Positions 13,851 through 24,949 of a stretch of DNA of 64,000 nucleotides are shown here, piece by piece (the stretch's first letter is position 1; every line of letters begins with the position of its first letter). Made by a program: the position numbers and the translations under genes. The stretch covers positions 76,214,176-76,278,175 of the forward strand of contig JAUZTB010000064.1 of the NCBI GenBank assembly GCA_034780895.1. The letters are read 5' to 3'. Source of the stretch: Rhynchobatus australiae (lineage: Eukaryota). Under the pieces are notes generated by a model, which did no database searches, was not told where the DNA came from, and saw only the letters and a list, made by a program, of their open reading frames with translations.

Positions 13851-14707
13851 CCAGATGACACTTGTGCTCGTGTTACCAAGTTGAGTACAATTTGTTCGCT
13901 CATGTCTAAAGTGATGGTGACTCCTGGTAGCATCTTTGGCTGTCAATGGCTATGGTGGTGAAGGATGGCCCTCTTTTGAAATTGAAACAGTCAGGGAAAG
14001 ATGTTCTGACTATCATCCATATATCCTCTTTGACACTATATATTCCCATTGCAGGCAGCATGCCTGGGCAAGATTAGGCCACAATTTTTGATTTCTACTA
14101 ATGCTGGGATGTGCAAGTAGAGAAAAGAATATGCAGGTACTAAAAAATTTCTAATGCTTATTAGTTGACTATTTTGGAACAATTAAGTCATCAGAACAGT
14201 TTTGTCAGTATCATTCTGGGGAAAGGAAGCTATTGGCACATGAGTTTGCTGTTGTGACAAAAATTAATTCTAATAGAATTGAAACTTTGGCAGGCTCAAT
14301 TGTCAACCTAGTGCACCATCTGATTTCTATATTTTCTGGAAATTCTGTATCAAAGTTTTTGCATTTAGTATGATTTTTGCTGATTTCACCTCTTTTCCCC
14401 CTCCCCCCAGTTTCTGGAAAAGATTTGCTAGCAAGGGGGCATTGGGCAGTGCTCAAGTTTTTAATGACTAGTGACACCAGTGACCAGTGTCTCAAAATAA
14501 ATGTTGCAGCTCTGTCCATTTGTTCATGGAAGATTTGTTTTAATTTTAAAATATTGTCATAATTGCAGATATAATGTTTTGCTGCAGGGCTGATGTTAAC
14601 ATATCGTCACCTATATAGTTGTTGATTGAATGGCCTTTTAGTAGTTACAGAAAATGCATTTGATTTGTGCTGTATAATAGATTAAAATATCTTTATTTTA
14701 ATCTAAG

Positions 14708-14787
14708 ACTGTGAACCTGAAGAAGTGACTGACTGGTCTATGAATGAAAACTGTTCATTTTGTTGCATAAGGAGAGAGAAAGTCAAG
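14708..14787 (+). CDS. LCORL: LCORL coding exon 3, (D)[26 protein letters not shown]
   Basis: Acceptor tttaatctaag|AC and donor AAG|gtaaga; 80 nt, phase 1-0. Matches recalled LCORL DCEPEELTDWSMDEKCSFC. Confidence 0.95.
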
Positions 14788-15359
14788 GTAAGACGAACGC
14801 TGTATGATAATTCCAAATGAAAGTTAAGTTTGCCTTGATGAACTATACAACATATGGCTTTCACCTTTATTTATCTCTCTATATCTGGATTTTTGTATTC
14901 ATTTTATTTGTAAACTAGGATTTTTGCAAAGGGCATGATCAACATTTGGTGATAGTTCATCTAATCAACTGCTTATTTCTCAGTAGTTGGTGCATGTTAA
15001 GTGAGTAATTCAAATCAAAACTAAAGTAAACTGAAAAATAGGGTGAAAAGTAGATGGGCAGAAAGTGTGAGAATAGAATGGCACATTTTTTTTAAAAAAA
15101 GTGAACCCAGAAGTCTTTTGCTACTTGCCTAATTATTTACATGACTTTTGGGAGGGGTGGTCCATTTGGGGTGGTGGAAGTGATCAGTTGATAAAGGCAG
15201 AATATGTGGCTGGAATGTTTCAGTACTTTAAGTTTTTTTAAAAAACCATGAGAATGTTGTTAAAATCTCACCAGTAAAGGGGAGGGGGGGTAATAGAGTG
15301 AATGGAGTGTAAATTGATAAGATGACAAATTCCAACATTGTCCAAAGTAAATAAATCAT

Positions 15360-15615
15360 TCAATCCATAGAGTGCATTCTAACTTTTTGAAGGCAGTAAG
15401 GTAGAGAATTAACATTTAGANNNNNNNNNNNNNNNNNNNNNNNNNNNNNNNNNNNNNNNNNNNNNNNNNNNNNNNNNNNNNNNNNNNNNNNNNNNNNNNN
15501 NNNNNNNNNNNNNNNNNNNNTCATCTTAACTGCATTGATTCTGCCAATCAATGATAGAGAGAATGGGGACCATTTCCTAAATAATTGATTAGTGAGATCA
15601 ATTAAAGGCAACATT
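15360..15615 (-). mobile_element. L1-clade LINE ORF2 fragment
   Basis: Minus-strand ORF reads PLIDLTNQLFRKWSPFSLSLIGRINAVKM, matching the L1 'W..L.LSL.GRIN..KM' motif; next to a gap. Confidence 0.7.
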
Positions 15616-17519
15616 TCTTGAAGCTTGAGTAGATGTTAGAAAATCAGTGGCATTATTTGCTCATTAACAGCCATTTACCTCTCCAGTATTCCACCCACAA
15701 ACATCACCAAATACTGATTGTGTGTCCTACTCTTTTCAAACTAGCTGCTGCAATAGTTAGTATAAATTAGAGCTACATTTTTTGTGTGACACTTTATTTT
15801 AAAGACAATCAGCTGGATTCTAACTGTTCAAGAAGGCCTGCCACTGCACACTTCTGGATGAGACTGGAAACTGTGTCCTTGGAGTTTGCATGTGCTATTG
15901 TATAAAGCTGAGTTATGAAGTTTTTTGACCATTGCCATGGTGGACTGGAATGAATTAACAAGTGAATGAATGAGTAAGCGCACTTGCTGATATGTTCTTG
16001 TAAAACATGGTATTTGCTGGCCCCTAATCTGTTCACCATTAAATACCATCTTGCTGTTTCTAAACTAAATTTGTATAGATCATCATTTTCTCTGGAAGAA
16101 ATAAACACCAACTGTATCACTTTCCAAAATAGCAATTCAGCTGAATAGATTGTAAGCCTAGTAGTGTGTGAATATTCATGATGTACTTTACAGTGAGTTA
16201 ACTTCTACATGCAGCTCTATTTCATGTAAACATAACACTTGGAGACATTGTCATCTTTTATTGTGATCATTTCAGAATGGCAGTATCCTAATTTAAAGGA
16301 AATAAAGCCTGCAGTGCTTTATCAGTTTGTTAAAGAGATTACCCCTCCTATTGCTACCAAAAAACTTTCTAAAGAACACAGAGCTATGCGTANNNNNNNN
16401 NNNNNNNNNNNNNNNNNNNNNNNNNNNNNNNNNNNNNNNNNNNNNNNNNNNNNNNNNNNNNNNNNNNNNNNNNNNNNNNNNNNNNNNNNNNNNNNNNNNN
16501 NNNNNNNNNNNNNNNNNNNNNNNNNNNNNNNNNNNNNNNNNNNNNNNNNNNNNNNNNNNNNNNNNNNNNNNNNNNNNNNNNNNNNNNNNNNNNNNNNNNN
16601 NNNNNNNNNNNNNNNNNNNNNNNNNNNNNNNNNNNNNNNNNNNNNNNNNNNNNNNNNNNNNNNNNNCTGTCCAACCATTTGAGGTAACCCATCCATTCTA
16701 CGTATTCCAAATAAGGTTGGCCAGGGGAAATAAATAGATTGTGTGTACGCACACACATAAAAGATGCAGATTTATTATCTAAAATTACCTAAAAAGATGG
16801 TGTGGATGCTAGAAATCTGAAGTGCAATGTCTTTACTTTAGATTTCCAGCATCCACAATAATTTAAGGTTGGACATGATGGCAATACTGTTGCCAGCCTG
16901 AGAGGAGGATATAGGATAATTCCCAGTTAATTCGGCTTGGTGACTGCCACCCCACCCTGCTTCTCCCCCTCTGCTCTAAGTGACTGAAATGACTGTTTCA
17001 CTTAGTTGTTCTGAAGAGAACTGCTGCTTTAGCTGGAAATAGTTTACTCTAAATTCTCTCTCAATACTATTTATTAAATTGAATTTGTGGTACAATAGAC
17101 CATTTCCTGTAGCATAGGCTCTGCTGAGAGTTGTACAGCACCACCTCCTCACCCCCCCCCCCCAAAAAAATCCCAAATCAGGTTTATGATCACTGACTTG
17201 TGTTGTGGCAGCTGTACAGTGCAAAAATGTTAAAATTACAAAATAGTGCAAAAAAAAACTAAGTAGTGTTCATCGACTATTCGGAAATCTGGTGGCGTGG
17301 GGGTTGGTCAACATGATTACTGCAGATCTCCTGTTTACACCTCCTTCAGATCTTTTATTTTTGATCTCATTACGATCTCCTTTCATCTGAGACAAATTAT
17401 ACCTTTTGTCACTTAATCTTGGTCCTTCATCCTACCACATGTCTACCCTTTATTCTCTGCTCCCTTTTCATTTTTCTATACTCAAAATCTGTAGTGTATC
17501 TATATCTCCAACATTGCCC

Positions 17520-17720
17520 TGTTGGAATGAAAGGTCAGCAACCTGAAACGTTAACTCTTTCTCTCCACAGATACTGACTGAGTACCGGCAGCATTTTTTT
17601 GGATTTCTAGCATCTGCAGTTGCTTGTGTTTTTTCCCCAATGACCTGGAATGTTAACTTTTCCCCCCACAGATGCTCCCTGACCAGCGTAGTCTTGGCTG
17701 CATTTCCTGTTTTCAGTCCA
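17520..17720 (+). repeat. Two tandem Penelope-derived terminal-repeat units
   Basis: acctgaaacgttaactctttctctccacagat...gcatt is repeated as acctggaatgttaacttttcccccacagatgct...gcatt. Confidence 0.6.
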
Positions 17721-20094
17721 AACAGTAAAATTTTATGAAAACATCTCAGTTGGCATTTTGTCGCTTCAATGTTGGCTGCCTGTATAAAATATTCTGTTGT
17801 TTCCTCTGCAATTGACAATGGTTTCTGCTTTTAGTAACAGACACTTGCATGAATTTCCTAATTATTAACTATTGAGTTGGTCACCTATACAGTACTGTCA
17901 ACTGGTTGCTCTGCAGAAAGTGATATACAATGGGTTCTCCATTCTAGCATGAGCTACTTGTATGATCTCCTTGGTTATCAGTAGAATTAGTCACTCTTCA
18001 GGATTTTTGACTATAACACTTTTATAAATCGTATTTAAAAAAAACTAGGTCTGAGAAAGTTATTGGACCAACAGTTGAGGAAATATAGATGAGGATCTGG
18101 AAAAGGCATCTGGCCAGTGTATTAACTTTGAAACTGAGTTGAAGATTTCAGAAAACATTTTATGGGTGATAAGATGCTATTTCTATTCACATGTGCCCAG
18201 TATCAAGAGAAAAGGTGGGCAGTTTGAGATTTCTTCAAATGTAACCCTGAAAACTGACTCTTCTGAATGAGGAAAAAGGGACATTGAGTTATTGAATGAA
18301 CACTAAAACAGAAGTTGAGCAAACTCCTATTACTGTGAACATTGAAGTGTTTTGGAATTTCCCAAGAAATCGTATCTTTTTTTTGCCTTGATCGTATGAA
18401 CCAAGGCAGTAATTCATTGCTTTGCTACTCTACCACCCTCACTGAAACAGTTTTTGAGAACCAGTGTTCAACTTGGGAACGTTCCTTAAGCCTCCACGGT
18501 TACCCCTACAAATGGTTTTGGTCTTGCATAAAGGTAAAATTTTCAAAGTTCCTTGTGCTCCCACTCTTTGAATTTTTAGGGGCCATCACTTAACTGTTCT
18601 GGGTGAAGTTTAATTGCCTGATGTTTTATGAAATAACTGGTCCATAGCATCTGTTGGCAAATTCACTTCCTTTCTTGCAAATCGAGAACCTGAAAGATGA
18701 GTTGCTCAGATCCGCTTGATTGGTTTGTGCATAAATGCACAGAGCAGTGAATAAAATTGGAGAGGAAGTAGCACAAATTTGCTGTAGGCATTGACAAAGT
18801 GCCAGTAAATGTTGGTTAGTTAGTTTGGACCAGGTTACAACTGGGAGCAGAATATTTGTGGTTAAAATTTTTGGGAGGAATAAATTTGGTCTCTAGGAAA
18901 ATGTGCAAGGTGTTAATCAAAAGATTTCAGTACAGCATAGAAACAAGAAGTATGGTCCAAAAGCTGAATCGTTGAGGAATAAGGAACAAGCTGTTACGCA
19001 GTTGGGAGTGAAATGAGGAAAGGTGCTAGAGGAAGAATTAGATGAGTTAGAGAAAACCAGTAAGAATATTCTGTATATTTTTAAGTAAATGAAGAAACAA
19101 TTCAGCCTAGGTTTAGGAACTGGGCTGTATAAGGAGATGAATGAACACAAAAATAATAACCATATCATACTCTGATTAAATTTTAGACAAAACTTAGAAT
19201 GACAAANNNNNNNNNNNNNNNNNNNNNNNNNNNNNNNNNNNNNNNNNNNNNNNNNNNNNNNNNNNNNNNNNNNNNNNNNNNNNNNNNNNNNNNNNNNNNN
19301 NNNNNNNNNNNNNNNNNNNNNNNNNNNNNNNNNNNNNNNNNNNNNNNNNNNNNNNNNNNNNNNNNNNNNNNNNNNNNNNNNNNNNNNNNNNNNNNNNNNN
19401 NNNNNNNNNNNNNNNNNNNNNNNNNNNNNNNNNNNNNNNNNNNNNNNNNNNNNNNNNNNNNNNNNNNNNNNNNNNNNNNNNNNNNNNNNNNNNNNNNNNN
19501 NNNNNNNNNNNNNNNNNNNNNNNNNNNNNNNNNNNNNNNNNNNNNNNNNNNNNNNNNNNNNNNNNNNNNNNNNNNNNNNNNNNNNNNNNNNNNNNNNNNN
19601 NNNNNNNNNNNNNNNNNNNNNNNNNNNNNNNNNNNNNNNNNNNNNNNNNNNNNNNNNNNNNNNNNNNNNNNNNNNNNNNNNNNNATGGAAGATGTAAAGA
19701 TTATGAAGAGAGACTCTGCCAATCCATGCCTTTAGAACTTTTTAGTTCTCCAGAGGACTGGTGTTACCATTAAATATCTTTTTTAAAGCAATAAATTGGA
19801 ACATAAACAAGGATGTCTAAGCATCTGGATAAAAAGATAAAACAATAGCAGGAATGGGGCATACAGTCCCTTAAGCCTATTCAACTATTCATTAAAATTG
19901 TTTAGTTGTATGTGGCTTCATGATTGTAAATTCAGTATGTACAAGGAGCCAAATCTTTTAGGTTCATTTATAATGGGCTAAAAATAGAAACTAGTGATTT
20001 AAATATAGCATGATTTCAATGTAAAATGTGAATCTTTTTCATTGTTTCATTTATTTTGAAGATATTTCTGAGCATAATTCATTACTGTTTCTAG

Positions 20095-20227
20095 GAGAAT
20101 ATCTCATCTGTGAATGCACCTCCAACACTGACATCTACTGAGGAATCTCTATCTCAGGGGCAGTCCCACACTGAACAGCTTGAATGCCAAGCAGACAAAT
20201 TTCTTAATGCTATCTTTCATAAAAAAG
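20095..20227 (+). CDS. LCORL: LCORL coding exon 4, [44 protein letters not shown]
   Basis: Acceptor tgtttctag|GAG and donor AAAG|gtacaa; 133 nt, phase 0-1. Matches recalled LCORL [30 protein letters not shown]. Confidence 0.93.
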
Positions 20228-20910
20228 GTACAATATTTATGCTTTGATTCTTAAGACTACTTGAATCTTCAGTTTTGTTGACCAAAAATTATTCTAATTT
20301 ACAATGCTTGAATTAAATATGTTCAGATTTTTATTGCAATTGATGTACATGCATAAAAGTATATATTGAGGTGAATGAAACATGCATCTTCATTTTAACA
20401 TTGTACCTTCCAAGGAATAAATCACTTTGGGTCAATCGTTTACATATTCCAAACTGCTCTACATTCCAAGTTTAAAATTTTTTTTTAACTAAACACACAC
20501 TGACACCATCTACTGGTTGTTTGCAAAATAACTTCACTTCTGTTTATTGTCATTTTTAATGGCTTAATAGGCCTTGAAGTACCTGGATTGGCATAAAAGG
20601 CAAGTTAGGCCAAAATTTACACAAGTCTCCACACTAATCTTACAGACGGCAACTTGCAGTACAATTTCCAGAGAATCTTATTAGCATATGCTGGTGCACA
20701 TAAGCTGGTTTAAGTAAGGAGCTCAAAGGCGTAAGTAATTGTAGCCCCAGGGCAACAGAAGCAATACCAAAAAAGTCAAAATAGACTAACCAACATTTGA
20801 GGCATGGCAGTTATGGTGAGTGGACAATTTTTTTTTTGTCAACCAATCTTTGATATAATTTACTGTAAAGGTTGTTTCCTATCTCTCAAGTTTGTTTTTT
20901 GTTTTGGCAG

Positions 20911-21600
20911 GGGTATGCAGCAAGATGAGGCCTGCTGCTGCTGCTTAGCAGGAGCGTTGCAGGCTGTCTTGGAGAAAGTCAAGCTGTAGAAAGATGCGCT
21001 GCTTGGTGGCAAGGATGCAGCCGCCTCAAGTTAGCCAGAGTGCCTGAAGGAGGCCTCACTAGCTCTTTTGTAGAAATTTTTGTGACCATGCCTATCCTAA
21101 ACAGTGTTGTAAGAAGTTCAGCAGCCTGATCAAGGCTGATGAGGTAAGACACCTGCCCTGATCTCTCCCTTTTCAGATATCAAAGTTGAACATAAATTTT
21201 AAAAGTAATTTGAGCAATATCTGGCATTAACATTGCAGTATTATCAGCCACTGCCTAGTACCTGCAAAAGCAGATGATGAGCTGGTTGTAGTGGTAACTG
21301 TCTGTACTTGGAAGACATCAGGATTTTGTTTTATTTCTGAAGTAGTTTTTTAACACTCGGACATTGAGTAATAAGGACACATTAATCACCTAATCTTGTG
21401 ATCATTTATTCCCTCAGACTAAGATGGCTCCTAATTGGCACTGGTGCCTTTTCTACATGAAGTAGGCAAACTATATACCCGTCCTACATCCTCCTGTGCC
21501 TTTTTAGGACATGTTGATGTTGTGCATATGAGAAAGATGCACTGGTGGAGTACTTTATACACCACAATCCTGACCTCCCATGAGGAAAAGCTTTGAGTCC
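20911..21600 (+). pseudogene. Fossil Harbinger-type Myb/SANT-like DNA-binding protein gene (two exons, intron 21144-21507)
   Basis: Reads GALQAVLEKVKL*KDALLGG ... QCCKKFSSLIKADE|gtaaga, then tttttag|DML..*ERCTGG..ILTSHEEKL. Resembles the recalled Harbinger Myb/SANT pattern QCRKKFNDL....EK.AHNRRER..TGGG...LT..EE; contains stops and frameshifts. Confidence 0.6.
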
Positions 21601-22430
21601 CAATATTTCATGGAACATGTGCCAACCATGATGCCAGTCTAAACCACTTCCATCTGCTTGCATGTGGTGGATATCCTTCTCTTCCACGATTTGTTCATGT
21701 GTCTGAATGCTGCTTTAAACTTCACTAATGTATCTGCTTCTACCACCTCCCCTGGCAGGGCATTCCAGTCAACTACCATTCTGTTAAAACAAACGCCTTG
21801 CACATTTCCTTTTAAACATTCCCCATCTCTAGTATTTGATCTTTCCATCCTGGGGCAAAGATTCTATCTACTTTATCTATACCTCATAATCTTTATCTAC
21901 TTTATCAACCTCATATATACTTCAGAGGTTGACAGGCAACCTAACTGATGCTTCAGCAAAAATAATCCAGGTCTGTCCAGCCTCACAGCTAATACACCAA
22001 TCCAGTCAACATCCCAGTATACCTCAACAAAACCTCCCTATTTCTTCCTGTAGTGTGTCAACCAGAACTGCACACTACGAATGTGGCCTAACCAAGTTTT
22101 ATAGAGATTCATTGTGACTTCCTGACTTTTATACTCGATGCCCCAACTGATGAAAGCAAGCATACTATATGCTGCCTTTGCCATGCTATCCACTTGTGTT
22201 GCCACTTTCAGGAAGCTATGGACTTGCACCAAGATCCTTCCATACATCAATGCTGCCAAGGGTCCTGCAATTTAATATTCTTTCCTCTTGCATTTGACCT
22301 CCAAAACATCATATCTTACACAAACTCTATCTGCTATTTCTTTGCCCAAATTTCCAACTGATCTATATTTGACAACCTTCCTTACTATCCTCAACTCTAC
22401 CAATTTTCATGTCATCTGCAAACCTACCCT
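21600..22430 (-). mobile_element. CR1-like LINE 3' fragment
   Basis: Minus-strand ORFs give VQVHSFLKVATQVDSMAKAAYSMLAFISWGIEYKSQEVTMNLYKT and RMVVDWNALPGEVVEADTLVKFK. Confidence 0.88.
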
Positions 22431-24949
22431 GGATGATAGCTGTGGTCAGCAGCACCAAGTGCTGTGAGGTGAATTTTATTATACCAAGGCTTGAAGTATA
22501 GCAGTAGAGCAGAACTTCAGATCATACACCCATTCCAACTCTCTTAATATGGAAACCGCATCCATTCTCACCCTATGCTTTTATCCTCACAGGTCCAGCA
22601 AAGCCAAAGCATCCTGTCCTAGAAGGAAAGAATTACAAGGAAGACAGGAGGAGGATGAACACTTCCAAGCAAAATGGTGAAAAAGAGCTGTGTCTTCTCA
22701 TCCCTGTATATCACCACGCAGATTCTGATGTGGCAGGAAAGAGTGCATCCCCTTGCTTTCTTCCCCTTGCAAGAAAGAGAGAGCACTTTCTTGCTGTATC
22801 CTGGCTCCTACAGCCCTACCCTTAAATTACTACACTCTTCTGCCTTGGACAGTAGTGCTGATCCAAACGTGGAGCAGTTGTAGTGGCAAAGCCTAGTAAG
22901 CAACTTGGTTGACTGTCAATTCAGAGGCCAGAAAGTGTTCAGATGGAGTTTGAGGATGATAATTGCCACTTCTCCACTGGCAAAGGCTTGAAGGCTCCCA
23001 AGGAAAGATGGGGAATGTCACCCAGATTTAACATGTTTGCATTTGGAAAGGCAACTGCTCCTGGAGCATGCCAAGTAAATACATAATTTGGGCTGTGTCA
23101 CCAATCATTTGGAGCCATTTATAATGTGGTCACAAGGCATTTTTGTGAATTACAACAATTTCATCAAGCCATCAGTGGTATTGTTGACCAATTGAAGAGT
23201 TGGTGTCAGGTTGGAGGACATAAAAAATTGTGGCATTGGCAAGTCAGCTGACAATCACAGCTACATGTCTAGTGTCATATCATTTGATGCCTCCCACATT
23301 TACCACTCCAACCCTAGAACTGGCATAAAACAGACAGGTTGCTTCAGAGGTGTAGTAAACATCAGTTACATTCCAGGTGCAAACTGCTATACATTGAATA
23401 GCAGCTCAGCTTGATATCCCTTTTGCATTAAGTTGTTGGCTATCATGTCTAACTCAATGTTCTTTATTTTTTTGAAAAAAATTGTTGGCAAAATATTACT
23501 AAAAAAAATTAATTTTTGGCACCAAGCAAAATGACAAATTTTAGTAACAGTGAGCACTTGCTGAGCACCTTTACTGCTGTACTTTCTCATTCAAGGGCTA
23601 TAGTATGTGACAAAAGTGACCAGTTTAGTTAACATTTTTGTTTTAGTAGTTTTTTGCCTTTAACTGTTACTGTAAATTGTTTACAATCAGCTGCAGTAAC
23701 TCGATATAGATAACATATTAAGACTGAATAAACAAGTTTACAGTAAAATGCATTTGAAGTTGCAATAATTTTTAGTTTGATATGTAACCAGTAGTGCTGT
23801 CATTGCTACCCCTTTGGCACAGCCACAGCTGTGAGGTTCACATTAAAATGTTCTATGTGGGTATATGCTACACCTTTTTGTAGAGCAATTATAGAACTCA
23901 TCATTATTTTCAGTTTGAACATTCACTTATTGAGGTTCAAAGCATGTCTGTGTTGTGTACTGTTGAATAAACATTAAATTGTCTTGCATTGCCTGATGTT
24001 GTCTTTATGGCTACTTTCCCAGAGGGAACAGTCCACACTTATGGTTATTAGTTGTTGATGGAGCTCTGAAGGTGTGGCAATTAGTTGCTAAATATCTCCG
24101 CTAGGAACAGCCATCTGCCTTTCCTGGTGTTGATTCCATGGAAATGGGCCATGTTGGGATCTTCCAACTCCTTGTGTTCTTGCACATCTAAGCTAAGCTA
24201 TTCCACAAAGCCAAATTGTCCTGTGTACAGAAAGCTACCAGAAAGATCCTTTATAGCATGTACTTGTGGACACCTGCTTGTTTAAGGGACTTGGTTGTGG
24301 TCCCTACCATTCTTATAGCTCCCTAGCTCATCTGCAATGGGAGATGAAACAGTTTGGAGGTATTGAAATGGACAGCTAATCAAATGTTCATCTTGATTGA
24401 TAACATTTGAATAGTCTTGAGTTCTGGGTCTAAATGCATAACTTGCACATGACCATGTACCATGTTTTCTACTTGTAGAAATTCATGTGTTATTCCCTCA
24501 ACATGATTTTTACATCCTTGAGGTACAAGAGAATAATTCTGAGCACTAAATTTTTTTCAGTGGCTCACACTAGTGCCTGCTACCCTTTATGCTGTTGTTT
24601 GTTTTGCATTTAAAACTAAATTGAGGAAATCTGAGCATAACATTAGCAGCTTAATTCATTCAAAATATTTCAGAGAACAAAACAAATTGCTGCAGAACTG
24701 AAGATGCAAGTGTGAAATTCATTGCTTAAAAGTAGTCATAAATGTCATTGGGTATAGGTGTTCTTCATACTCCAGCAAATAGCAAAAAGGATGAGATTTG
24801 ACCCTGATATTAAAGGCAGTGGAGAGGGAGATGACTGGGCTTGCAAAATCAAGTAATAGAATCAGTTTTGATGGCACTAAGAAACAGCAAGGAGGATAAA
24901 ACATCCCAAAAACCAAAGGTAATGTAAGGCAGAATACAAGTCAGAAGTT

